This document shows, in pieces, positions 40,252 through 52,440 of a DNA stretch of 64,000 nucleotides. Source of the DNA: Stylophora pistillata. Its lineage: Eukaryota. The notes below the pieces were generated by a model. It saw nothing but the letters and a program-made list of their open reading frames with translations, was not told where the DNA came from and made no database searches. The stretch covers positions 1,029,434-1,093,433 of the forward strand of contig NW_019217796.1 of the NCBI RefSeq assembly GCF_002571385.2. Reading direction: 5' to 3'. Position 1 is the first letter of the stretch, and each line of letters opens with the position of its first letter. The translations under genes were made by a program, and so were the position numbers.

Positions 40252-43200
40252 CTAATACATACAATCCTCCTCCAAGTTTGTGGCCAACTGATCGTTCGCA
40301 TTTGGCTCCGACCAAAAGTTCTCACCCGATGAACTAGCAATATGCAGGCTCATCTTGGCCACCACGTGAGTGATAACAATAGATACCAGGCTCCCATCGG
40401 CTCTTCCCAGATAAAGAGTGACCTCATACGAAGGATACTCGCAGTTCCCGTTTTGGCTCTCCCTGAGATTGGGAAGAAATTTTCCTTGATAATCAAATAC
40501 TTTAGTACGTTCCTCGCGAATGAGCTTTTTAGCGGCCTTTCTTCCGTTCGAATAGTAAACCTAAAGGAAAAAAAAAAGACATTTTAGCAAACGTAATAAA
40601 ATCAAAAACAGAAGGCATTATTTATTACATGAGATAAACGAGATGTTTATCTTTAAAAGTGTTCATATTGGTCGTTGTCGCACACTTTCTATAAGCGCTA
40701 ATACAACATAAAATAAAAGTGACACTGGGTGAACTTGCGGATATGCTGCGCTGAATATAATCACAGAATGCAGTGTTTGCACCAAAAGCCGCTGATCCTA
40801 TGATTCCAAGAGACAGAACCGAGCCAACATCCCCTCAATCAGTCGGCAATCATCAGTAAGATGCATGCTCCTCACAGACTTCTAAAGCCATGGTGGCAAA
40901 TTTACCATTTCAATTTTGTTGATATATCCAAATTATTTCGTTACTCCCACCGACGCAGCCCCAAGCAGTTTCTTTCGAAACTAACAGCCTTTATTCTAAA
41001 GCCGTGGTTTGTACATCGAATTCCCACATTACTCGTTCTTATGCTTCAGTATACACGCGTAAAAATGAACACAACTGCTTACCTTGGCGAGGCACAGACG
41101 AGTGACGAATATGTCATTGGACTCGTTGATTTCCAACAGAATGCCGCGTTTAATGAAATCCATCACTTTCAAGACTTCCTTGGAGTTGTTGTTGACAGCT
41201 TGTGGTAGCTCGATCTGTCTGGCAGTAGGAGGTCCGAACAGTCGACTCATCAAAGCCAACTCGAACTTTCGGGCTTCTATCATGTGATTTCCGTGGAATA
41301 TTCGGATGAACCGTTCACTTTCCGTCGGCTTAGTGTCAGTGGATAATACTTCAGAGCTCCCATAGAATACCCGGATGCGCAAAGCGGAATCTGAAAATAC
41401 AAATTGAACAATGGTTTTTAACTAACGGCAGGCACGGTACCCTTGTAATTACTCCTAACTGCATTTTAAGAACACTTGGGCAGACCTTTTACCAGATACA
41501 ATCTTTTGGATCGCATAAAGATAATATGATTATTTTACCCTGCCTGTGGCCTGGAGGGCAGATGAACAATATACTAATCGTGTGGTTAGAGACTTCACTT
41601 ACCACAGATATCTCCCGCTTGTTTCCCAGGCCTTGCGAACCCTGACCCTGGATTTTCATTTGATTGAGAGATGTTGGTGAGCTGGGAAAAGGGACGTAAT
41701 ACAGATATGAGCTTTTTTTGTAAGATGAATAAATATATCTTATTAACCAAGCGCGAGGGCCGTACTGGGAAAATATCGGCCCGAGGTCTTGACAGTACGG
41801 ACCGAGCGCAGCGAGGTCCGTACAAAAAAGAGCGAGGGTCGGTATTCTTCCAGTACGGTCCCGAGAAAGCTTGGTTAATAAGAGATTTATTATACGACTG
41901 AAGTTCAAAGGGACACAAGTGCGGTATCATTCGGGACCATTCGGGACAGTGCCCGGTCCAATACTTAGAGAATATTGGACCGGCAATAGAGCATTTTGAT
42001 TGGTTGATTTTAGTTATTGGCCCTCTGACTGCTCGAGTCGTGTAATAAAAATCTTTATAAGTGTGACAATTTACATACCATTCGGCCCATGCTCTCATCC
42101 TTATCCGAACAAGTTGGCTCTGCAAAGAAATTGTGTGGAAGGTCAGTTTCAATGATCGGTGCTGCGTAATTTAGCAGTCTTAATTCATCTACTGACACGT
42201 TACAGTGGGCGTACTACATCACGACCAGCTCCCAGTTGTCTTATTAGCTCAGCTGGTAGAGCGCTGCAACAGTATCGCAAAGGTCATGTGTTCAAATCGT
42301 AGTGTTCATTACTGCAAAGAGGCGCTAGTAAATTAGGGCCTCCTTGCAGGTTACCTTTGGCCTTTTGCTTGAGATATTTCTGATAATAATCTTACCTATT
42401 AAGTGTTTATCCAAATTGAAGTGAGTGCTGACAGACGATGATCCATCAGAAGACTAGAAACAAAAGTTGTGGCGTCAGAAACAACAGGTTCGAGCAAGAT
42501 TTAAGAAACAAGTGAGTGCTTTTAGCAAATGCAAAACAAATCTTCTTTCACTCTGTCTATCAGTCTGCTATAGTGAATACCAAAGAAAAAGACTGAACCT
42601 AAACAGTTACACCAAATGTACGTTTCAAAACAGGCTGATCATACCTGCAGCCAGAATTTCACAAGACTTGGATTGGTTGCCATGACATGCTGAAGAAATC
42701 CGTTTTCGTGAAATCCGTTTTCGTGAAATCCAACTTGGCCATTAGTTAAGCAAATGGCCTCCAAGATTTCCTTCCTGACGTTGTTGAAATCCAAACTCTC
42801 CAATCCAGGAGGGAGTTGCGCAGGTCTGATAAAGTTGTTACTTGCAAAATCTCCACCAAAAAAGGACTGGCCGTTGGAATAAGGAAATTGGAAAGGATTT
42901 GATGTTGGTTCGTCGGTGAGCATAGGTTCATAGCCATGGCTCGTTTATGGCGGAATTGTCTGAAAAATTCAATCAATACGGTCATTTGTCTGTCCCGTTC
43001 TTGATATGCTAAATAGCCAAGGTTCGCTATGCTAAGCTTTTGGGGCGTGATTGAAAATTGGATCGACAGCGTAACTTTCCAAGGGAAAAGTGAATAAAAA
43101 TTGCGAAAGGCAGTTTCTTTTTTAGGCTGTTACTAGTTTCGTGAACATTCCTCTTCCTCTTCATTAGTGCAATGACAGTAGAGGGAGAGCCTAGAAAGAG

Positions 43201-46200
43201 GGAGAGAGAGAGGGAGAGAGATAGGGAAAGCCGAGAGAGAGCCGAGGGAGAGCCGAGGGAGAGCCGAGAGAGAGGAAGAGAGAGAGACAGAGAGAGAGAC
43301 AGAGAGAGAAAGAGAGAGAGAGAGAGAGGGAGAGAGAGAGAGGGATAGGAAGAGGAGGAAAACTGTCTAAAGAACATGTGACTTATCTTTAATACGCCGA
43401 TAGATGATCTTTAAAGTAGAGTCTCCACGTCTCAAGTTTAAACATTTGTGTTTTGTTAGATTCTTATCCATATTACTAGTATATGTAGACTGTTAATTAG
43501 AATGGTATCTGAGCGAGTTGGTTATTCGACCAGTTTGTGTTTTTTTATAATCCAGTTGGGATGAAGCGTGTTAGGTTTACGCAAGAGAAAAGAAGTGAAA
43601 TCGACATATCTCGGATAACTTCTTGGTTCTTTCTCCCTGTCCCAATATCTTCTATTGGTTTTTAGTGAGGAGAGAGAAAAACGCGGCTGAGGTGGGGAAA
43701 ATGTTTAGGAGCAAAGTACGAGAGTGGAAGTCAATTCCACCCACCCTTAAAGGCAAGTTACACGCCACTCTCTCAGCNNNNNNNNNNNNNNNNNNNNNNN
43801 NNNNNNNNNNNNNNNNNNNNNNNNNNNNNNNNNNNNNNNNNNNNNNNNNNNNNNNNNNNNNNNNNNNNNNNNNNNNNNNNNNNNNNNNNNNNNNNNNNNN
43901 NNNNNNNNNNNNNNNNNNNNNNNNNNNNNNNNNNNNNNNNNNNNNNNNNNNNNNNNNNNNNNNNNNNNNNNNNNNNNNNNNNNNNNNNNNNNNNNNNNNN
44001 NNNNNNNNNNNNNNNNNNNNNNNNNNNNNNNNNNNNNNNNNNNNNNNCAGAGCGGACCTTTTTTTTTTTCTTTTAATCTGTTTTCTTTGTTTAATACCCG
44101 AGTCCTTCACAAATCAAATCGAACATTAATCCTCACCGGAGTAATACTATCTAAATCGTCCTCAAGTGAGCTGTCACTGCTATCGTGCGGAGAGTCTTGA
44201 AGCCGGCCATAACTCTGCGGTCCAGGAAAACTTGGATAGTTGTTGAAGAACACATTGTCTTTCGCTGACGGAAGTGTACGTATCACCGAGTCGCTCTTTC
44301 CACGGGACTAGAGATCAAACAAATAAAAATATAGTCTTTTTCAGTGCCTTAGGCCTAGTTTATAAGTCGCGCTACAGTCGAATTTAATTCAGACGAATTT
44401 AATTCCATTAAATTCGTCGTTCCGTCGACGTAATTCTTGGCGTGGTATTATGCGTCGAAATGAATACGATCGAAGATTTAATTCTCTTCCCAAATGCAGT
44501 GCCTCTGGTCAGAGGTGTCATTATGAAAAAAACATGGCGAGGGCTAAAGCTTTGAAAACAATTTTGCTCGAAAAAATCCACATCGCTCTGACAATCTTTG
44601 AGAAGCTTTTCTATACAAGGAGCACATTTGAGACAATACCCAACAAATTTATTTGGTTGCCAGCCGATAGCTTCTTTATTAACTTCAGGAATAGAACATT
44701 CCGATCGAACACAAACACTTTTACCACACGTTATACAAGAATACTTCATTTGTTTCTCACAATTACTGCAAGGAGATGAGAAACTTTTCGTCCAAAGCGC
44801 TAAAGCCGTAAACTACAACGTAAACTCGCGCGAGAAGTGCCCAAGACGAGCTTTAGCGCAAGCGGAATACTTGAAAAGGTCGCCACGGGTCACTGCGGGC
44901 TCGCCAAAATAAATTGAAATACATTAAGAAAATGTATGCATTTCATTCGATGCGACGTTAGTGCGACGTTAAAACTGAAGACGCGTTATCGATAATTTAT
45001 CCGTCTTATCCGTCTTACCAAGACGGATAAAACGTCAAGGACGAATTTAATTTACCAGACAAATTTAATTCGTTTTAGACGTCGCGCTATCGTCGAATTT
45101 AATTGCTTGTGGGACCTTGAATTAAATTCGACTGTAGCTCGACATATAAACTAGGCCTTACACTCTTGAAAAAACTAATTACATCTTCCGTTTCTCGACG
45201 AAGGGACTAAAACTTAACCATCATGCTCACTCTTGCTATACGTACAACAGTTTAATTTTGACATCGCTGATCCACCCAGCATGCAAGAAGAGTATCACAA
45301 ATGTACTTAATGGAGGCCTGGCTCATCAGCGAGTTATCAGTTCTCAGAGACATGCAGGGCCGTCGTGCTGCGAAAAGCGGAGGTCTGGGGCTTTATTATT
45401 TGTGAAAAACAAAAAGGATAATATATTTCTTACAATAAAATAATAAAAGATGTTAAACCTTTGTTGGAGAAACCGCATCCCCACGCGGAACAAAATGATG
45501 CATTGTCCTTACCATTGGGGGCTTGCCATTTTGATTCTCCTCTGCCCTCGGTGAACTGAAATTTTGTTGTCTTAGCGAGCAACCATCTGTAGAACACAAG
45601 AAAAAATGTTCACTGGAGAAATCATGGCTATCCATAGAGATACCAAAGCTGTAGCTTGTAATTGAGTTCCTTTTTTTTTTTTTTTTTTCACATGTATGAA
45701 ATGTGCAATGCAACTTCCCTCAATCGACTCCTTAATAAAAGGTCGAACTATCTTTCAACATATCCCTTTTGAGAGGAAGATGAATTGTCTTCCGCTTTGT
45801 AAAAAATCGTGTCAAATCTTATCAACTCTTCCTTAAAAGTGAACCAGGCGTCTCTCCTCATCACAGAAACGAAACACGGATTCAACAGCTGCAGTTGTCA
45901 GTTACCCCGAGTGACTGATCTAACTTTATTACATAAAAATCGAACGAAAAATTTCCAGCCTGCTCTGTTGCGCTAAGAGTAGATGCACTAGCTAGTAAAT
46001 GAAGGATAGTTCACATTTTTAGTGAAAAGATCTCAGAAAAGACAATGATATGTGCGATGTTTCTTGACGTTTCAAGCTTTCTTTATAAGCGAAAAATCAA
46101 TTAAGTGGTTTTCATTTCAAGTTTTTCAATTAGTAATGAAATATTTCATTAGGGCCGTTTATACTGGCGTGGATAAAAAATTCCGTGGCTTGCATAACCC

Positions 46201-49200
46201 GGGGCTGTGGAAGTGTACTGTTTATACAATGAGTTCGGTTCTAATACATGTCGCGGGTTATTTCCTTCTTATAAACTACCCCTGTTGATCTGTGTACGTA
46301 ATGAGTCTTGAGATAAGTCGAAGTAGTATGACCAATATAGTTCGTTTATTGAACTTGACTAAGTCCACTAAACTTTTGCCGCTAATAAATTAGATGAAAT
46401 AAATGAAAGGAGGAACAGATAGTCAAATAAAGTTGGTCAAGTTTATCAAACGTTCCTTTTTCTACTCATGCGATCAATAGGGAGCAATTTTAACAACAAG
46501 AATCACCACAAGCGTCAAGCGTTTTTTGTCTCAATTTTCCACGAAGTCCAGCTATTTCCTGGATTAAGTTTGTTTTTAATTTATAAGTTTTTCTTCTTTG
46601 TTTTCTCTTCGCGAAAGCATCACATGTCGACATTCCTATCTTAGCAGTGTGCAGAAAGTTTGTCAGGATGGATCTAGTTAAAGGATCGATCATGCCTCCA
46701 GTTTCCTCTAGCTCAGTGGTGGAGAGCACCTGAAATACTATTCGAAAGGTCGCGAGTCCGACTCCTATGCGAGTACACGGATTTTTTTTTTTTTTTTTTA
46801 GTATACCTGCGACATTCACTGAACAACATCATCTTTCACTTAAAACACCACCGTTTAAAATCCTTCATCTTCGTTCACACGATAGCGCAAAAACATGTAT
46901 AATTCCTTTTCACGATCGATAACAAAGACGATCTCCTCAACCGACAATTTTATTTCATTTATCAACTTTCAATGATCGTGAATATTCAGATCTCACGGCA
47001 AATTTGTCTCTCAGCGGGTCTTTCTTTGGGAAGTGGTGCCATGGAACGCTAAAGTTTGGCCGGGCTTCCCAAACTTAATTAAGTTTAATTATGCAGTATA
47101 TTTTGGCAAATAAGGAAATAAATACTTGTGTCTCCGAGGTGTGTCGTCAAATTATCGAATCGCCCTTCGCAGGCTTCACAATGGGTTTCATGAATAGTTG
47201 GCACAAAAAAGCTGAGCTCAATATTTTGTTTATCTTCCTATTCAAATTTCACAATAGTGTTACCAGATGAAACTGATAACGACGTTCTTGTCTTTCATCT
47301 TAAATCACTTAGTCACAACTTCCTTTCTCCCACGTGGTAATATTGGTGGTCGGTTACTTAACGGAAGTCTCTTTGTCTGAAAAGAACAGAAAAGTTGACC
47401 CCAAGTTTTTTTCTGGGGCAATGTGGCCTGAAAATTCAGCATAGCAAAGTCTCAATTCAAGAAGAGTTCGACCATTTTTATGTGCACAGGAAAAGAACAC
47501 TCGCTCAGATTTTAATGGAATATTAGCCATAAAGGTATAAAGTAACGATAAAATTTCTGTAGAGCCGCTGGCAAGTGACACAGTTCGCCGGTCTGCTTGA
47601 TAGCGTCAGGGTGTGTTCAGGGAGTGTCTGGGCGCAGTACTGAGATTTTTCCCTTCGCAGTCTACTTTCGATTTAGAATGCACAGCAAAATTAAGGTATA
47701 AGTTTGCTATAAAAAGAATAGACAAGAAGGGAACGAGAAAAAAAAAAACGGAAAAAAGAAAATCTATCTGACTAAAGATTTGATCGAAGAGGATCTTGCA
47801 CTAGTTTCAGTTTACACTGTAGTTTTTGTTTGAGGCCAACATTGGTCTTAACTAAGTTATGCTAACAAGGTCATCTTTGACTGATATTTTGATAAGCTTT
47901 TCAGGAAGGTGCGATCTAAAATTAGGGGCTGTGACGCGATTTTAATGTCTCCATAATGATATCCCAAATGATTTTATCTATCTGTCTTTTTGTCTTCTGA
48001 ACAAAGTGGAAGTGTACCTCCAATGCACTTTCACAAACAAATGACAAGGAATCAAATAATTTCATTCGATGTATGAAAAAATGTTTAGTATCGTATTTGT
48101 GTCAACACGAAGAAAAAGTTTCGAACGCTTTGCATTGAGTCCTTAAGTCAAAACGTGCAAAATAAAATTATCCGTGCGTCACCTCCAAAGAAGGTTCGAA
48201 CTTCGTAGATTTTCATACTATCTAAACAAGTGTTATCATGCTCCAGTTTCGTTTCAGTGGTTCAAACGTGGTTCGAAACGATCGACATCTCTGGGAAAAG
48301 AGAATACAAAGTCACGGAAACTCAAAACTTAAATTATGCAAAATTAAAATTTCACGCTATTCGACATTTTCGATTTAAGCGATACGCGAACCTTCGATGC
48401 CACTCAAAACGATATTTTTCCTGAAGTTTGTCGTTGTTTGCCGTAGCAAATTATAAGGCTGTGGCTACCAGAATTAACTTGTTTTGAAATTATTGTTTTA
48501 TCAAAAATAGGGAATTATTTTTAAACTGTTATGATGACGACTCGCTCGCAAATAAACCGGGAATCCCGACATTTTGTGATTTGTAAGCAATTCTTTCTGC
48601 GAAGTTCGTTTATTGATTTACAATCAATCTTGATGGAAGAAGCAACTTATTCCTGTTCTTACGGCCCAATTTTAACCAAATACCCGGGGGCCATGGTTGA
48701 TATCAATTGGTTTTTTTCGTTTTCTAGCACTTAACGCTCCTGCGACAAGATGACGTAAACTTCCTCGAAGTTTGATTGACAATACCTTGTGTGCGTTGAT
48801 AAAAACTTTTGTGTTCAGTAAAACCTTGATACATTTAGCCATCAAAATTTTGGTGAATAAATTGGAATAAGCCTAACCCAATATTTCTGGTGATCGACAC
48901 AAAACTACTTCAAAAGTCTACCCTTATTTTGTCTTTATTTTCCCTTTAATTCTCTGTTGTTGTTCGCCATGATTGGAATACAGCTATAAGTGTGAAAAAT
49001 TATCAAATTCAAATATCAGAGTGCCCTTCAGACAAGATAGTTTGCCCTCATTCCGCGTAAGACAAAGATCTCTAACTCAGTACTAGAACAGCAAGGCCGC
49101 ACCTGACTAAACACTAACAAGTTTTTTTACTTAGTTCTCGTTGAGTTAAGTTAAGGAATTCTGTTTTTACCACAACTTGAATACAGGTCGCACTCGAGTT

Positions 49201-49776
49201 GTTTGAACACAGGGTAACGTGCATGATGTCGGAAGACATCAGTGCAGTATTTAAATTGGCTACAATTTTTATTTCGCCTGTGCAAATAACTTTGATAGTC
49301 ATGGGTTATTTTTGCACTGACCGCGTGACTCAAATAACACATTCATGAACAAATCTGATTTAGTAGACTACGTTTCTCTTCTACTCGACTCGCGCCGTTC
49401 TTTCTCTTACCTTACACTTTTTTTCCTTACCTTTATCCTTGAAACGAAATACTCGGTAAGGTTCCTTTTCGTCCAAACTATGGGGAACTCTTACTTCTTC
49501 GACGTCTGGCATTTTGTGCAAGGCACATCGGAACCTTGTTTTCCACGTCGAGGGATCGGCAGATTCACCTGGGCGATATTTACCAGTATGCTCGGCCCAC
49601 AGCTTAAATAACATGGCATCTTTCTCAACAACAAAATCGGGTTTGCCAGCGTGTTTCCACGAGACTCGAAATTCTTTCTTTTCTTTATTGCGCCAACACA
49701 GTCCGGGCACTTTTCCGCTGTTTATTTTATCCTCTAACCAGGGTCGCAGTCGCTGCCGCTCTGTTGACAACGTCAT
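40252..49776 (-). CDS. IRF: Interferon regulatory factor, IRF4/8-like (DBD + IAD), 7 exons, about 533 codons with one in-frame TAA at codon 202
   Basis: Exons 49776-49431, 45586-45513, 44307-44137, 42959-42645, 41681-41603, 41390-41083, 40560-40252, all GT-AG and phase-compatible; five-Trp DBD (WKHAG, WAEHTG, WKTRFRCAL); IAD (LRIRVFYG..FGP..RGILLE..IFVTRLCLAKVYY..RTKVFDY). Middle exons 2-5 are less certain than the DBD and IAD exons. Confidence 0.88.
41733..42048 (+). mobile_element. 316-bp double-hairpin non-autonomous element (copy 1), IRF intron 4
   Basis: Near-identical to 56053-56368; internal 41869-41899 is the reverse complement of right end + left end. Confidence 0.88.
42220..42298 (+). 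mobile_element. tRNA-derived SINE head (same family as 2280-2567)
   Basis: A-box tagctcagctggtagagc then gctgcaacagtatcgca..ggtcatgtgttcaaatc; matches the right arm of the 2.3-kb palindrome. Confidence 0.65.
43180..43358. repeat. Imperfect (GA)n polypurine tract
   Basis: About 180 bp of gaga/ggga repeats in IRF intron 3. Confidence 0.9.
43778..44047. other. Assembly gap inside IRF intron 3
   Basis: Run of N. Confidence 0.98.
44352..45157. mobile_element. Non-autonomous PIF/Harbinger-like DNA transposon, IRF intron 2
   Basis: About 40-bp TIRs starting GGCC (ggcctagtttataagtcgcgctacagtcgaatttaattca, 2 mismatches); TTA on both flanks. Confidence 0.85.
46605..46880 (+). mobile_element. tRNA-derived SINE-like repeat, IRF intron 1
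   Basis: A-box tagctcagtggt at about 46709, B-box-like gagtccgactcc, T-run, then cattcactgaacaacatcatctttcac shared with 17597-18110. Confidence 0.65.
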
Positions 49777-49894
49777 GTCGCCCCCTTCAGTATCAGCACC
49801 GCTTTTCTTGAATCTACTTGCGAGGGAAATTCAAGTTGGGTCAGTTATGGATTCACAACAGGACTGTCTTCGAGAATACGCAAAGAGATGAGTT

Positions 49895-50393
49895 CTTTCG
49901 GTTTCTAACTTCCATGTGCTAATCGTAAAATACGATCGCAGCCAAACCCAATTCGTAATGTTGCCATTTTTAACCTGAAAAGTTCTGTTATTGAAGGGTT
50001 TTTCCCAGTAAATATATTCTTTATGTTCTTATTGGTCGAACCACTCAAGCGTGAGACTTCCTCTCCTTGAAATAACCACGTGTTGTATTCTATGCTAATT
50101 AGAGTTCCAATTTATTTTACTAAAAAAAAGCCTTTGGGCATAAAGACGGAAATGTTCCAAAGGAAGCTATCTTTTAAATTTGTACGGCTATGATACTAAA
50201 CACAGTCAAGATAAGCTGAATAGAAACGTAAGAAGGAAAGCGAATTAGTTAAGATGTACCGTCAAAATTCTGCTGGTCACACAACACAAACCTCCACATT
50301 CACACCCAATGTAGAAATTTGGAAATTGTTTATCATCAAAACCTGTCCTATTACAAATTGCATACGTCTCAAAACTCGTAAGTTTTCCCGGAA
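49895..50393 (-). promoter_or_regulatory. Putative IRF promoter motifs: ISRE-like, kB-like and GAS
   Basis: GAAACCGAAAG (49905-49895, minus), GGGAAAAACCC (50006-49996, minus), TTCCCGGAA (50385-50393); motif matches only. Confidence 0.45.
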
Positions 50394-51693
50394 AGAAGCA
50401 GAAATTGCTTTAAGGTAGCAATCAGGCGAGCATAAATTGACCAAAACGTAATAAACAATTGATAGGAAGTGTAAAGATCTGTATTACGGGCAGCATGACA
50501 AACAAATTGTGCGATGGCCAAAGTTATCGATATCGTCAGTGAGGAATGGCGAAATAAGAACTGGAAAATTCAATACTAAATACAGAGACCCTGTTAGGCG
50601 AGACATAAAGAAAACTTCAAAATATAATCGAAAGTACATGTAAATTTGACAGAATTACGTATGCGTAGCAAACATAACAAGTCCGTACGGGCAGGCGCCG
50701 ATGCGGAGCATCCACCGCATAAAGAGTAATATCATCACAGTAACAGCGTTATTTTCCGGAAGGAAGGGCTTTACTGGGAGCAACGATGCCCAAAGTGGCC
50801 CTGAACTACTGATTAAGGGTCATTCTCTAGGCAGGAGCCGGCAAATAGCATGTTTACTCTCTTTCACAGCGATAAAATGATATGATGTGTGCAAGACTTG
50901 AAAAGGAAACCGGTAAAGTCGGTGAATCTCTACAGCTCACTGAGTCCCAATAAATTTACTGACAAGGCGGAAGTCTATTTCTTGTTGTTCGTCAGAGACA
51001 CCTCTTACCATAGTTAATTTCAATATAGTAAAAGCAGTGTCGCGACAAATATTTCGTACGTTTTTAAATAGCTATTCCAATGTTCAACGGAATTTTCCAG
51101 GATCGTTCTGTAATTGTACTGACCACTTCAGTCCAACTACTGATCTCTGGTCATGCACTATAAACAATTCTCGATAAACTTTATTTGTTTCTCTGATACA
51201 CGTAAACTCCTGGAAGATTCCGTAAAATGAGTTATGTAAAAGAAAGGTCTTCTGTTCGAAGTCATAACCAATCGCCGAGTCTTCGAATTATTCCGATCAA
51301 TCCTGACTCTTTTTCTATTGTCTATCCTCTTCTTGTCCGAAGCATCAAATGACATTATTGCCGGCTGAGTTGTTTTCACTGCAAGGAGATAACTTGATCA
51401 AGTATTCCTCTCAAAGACAGGCCTAAACACAAACTTATTTCCAAAGGAAGTTGAAGAATTCCGACACACGGACAGAAGAATAATTTCGGAAAAAAAATTT
51501 GATACATCCTGGCATTGGCTGCGTTAAATCCTCACCATCTCCTTCCATTTTCCGGGATTTGTGGGCCTCGGTTTTCTCTGAGAAAAATCACTATTTATCG
51601 CCTGGGTGGGGTCGAAGGGTTTCTTTTTGGGAGATTATATAGTTTATAGGGGAAAATAAGGGGGATCAGTCGTCGCTAAAAGTATAAAGTGGT

Positions 51694-52440
51694 NNNNNNN
51701 NNNNNNNNNNNNNNNNNNNNNNNNNNNNNNNNNNNNNNNNNNNNNNNNNNNNNNNNNNNNNNNNNNNNNNNNNNNNNNNNNNNNNNNNNNNNNNNNNNNN
51801 NNNNNNNNNNNNNNNNNNNNNNNNNNNNNNNNNNNNNNNNNNNNNNNNNNNNNNNNNNNNNNNNNNNNNNNNNNNNNNNNNNNNNNNNNNNNNNNNNNNN
51901 NNNNNNNNNNNNNNNNNNNNNNNNNNNNNNNNNNNNNNNNNNNNNNNNNNNNNNNNNNNNNNNNNNNNNNNNNNNNNNNNNNNNNNNNNNNNNNNNNNNN
52001 NNNNNNNNNNNNNNNNNNNNNNNNNNNNNNNNNNNNNNNNNNNNNNNNNNNNNNNNNNNNNNNNNNNNNNNNNNNNNNNNNNNNNNNNNNNNNNNNNNNN
52101 NNNNNNNNNNNNNNNNNNNNNNNNNNNNNNNNNNNNNNNNNNNNNNNNNNNNNNNNNNNNNNNNNNNNNNNNNNNNNNNNNNNNNNNNNNNNNNNNNNNN
52201 NNNNNNNNNNNNNNNNNNNNNNNNNNNNNNNNNNNNNNNNNNNNNNNNNNNNNNNNNNNNNNNNNNNNNNNNNNNNNNNNNNNNNNNNNNNNNNNNNNNN
52301 NNNNNNNNNNNNNNNNNNNNNNNNNNNNNNNNNNNNNNNNNNNNNNNNNNNNNNNNNNNNNNNNNNNNNNNNNNNNNNNNNNNNNNNNNNNNNNNNNNNN
52401 NNNNNNNNNNNNNNNNNNNNNNNNNNNNNNNNNNNNNNNN
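51694..52440. other. Assembly gap between DUSP22 and IRF
   Basis: Run of N; smaller gaps at 7486-7491 and 20879-20899. Confidence 0.98.

Noticed and set aside
41489-42152. 139-aa and 185-aa ORFs (and 56001-56250 counterparts)
   Set aside because: Translations of the non-coding 316-bp repeat running into a real exon
42696-42731. 15-bp duplication giving GFHENGFHENGF in IRF exon 4
   Set aside because: Simple in-frame slippage in a low-complexity linker; only mild support that this frame is coding
43623-44129. ORFs spanning N-gaps (also 51676-52491)
   Set aside because: Artefacts of N runs
51158-51379. 73-aa basic ORF behind a ctccttgcag acceptor as an extra DUSP or IRF exon
   Set aside because: No convincing matching donor found; DUSP already ends at 53305
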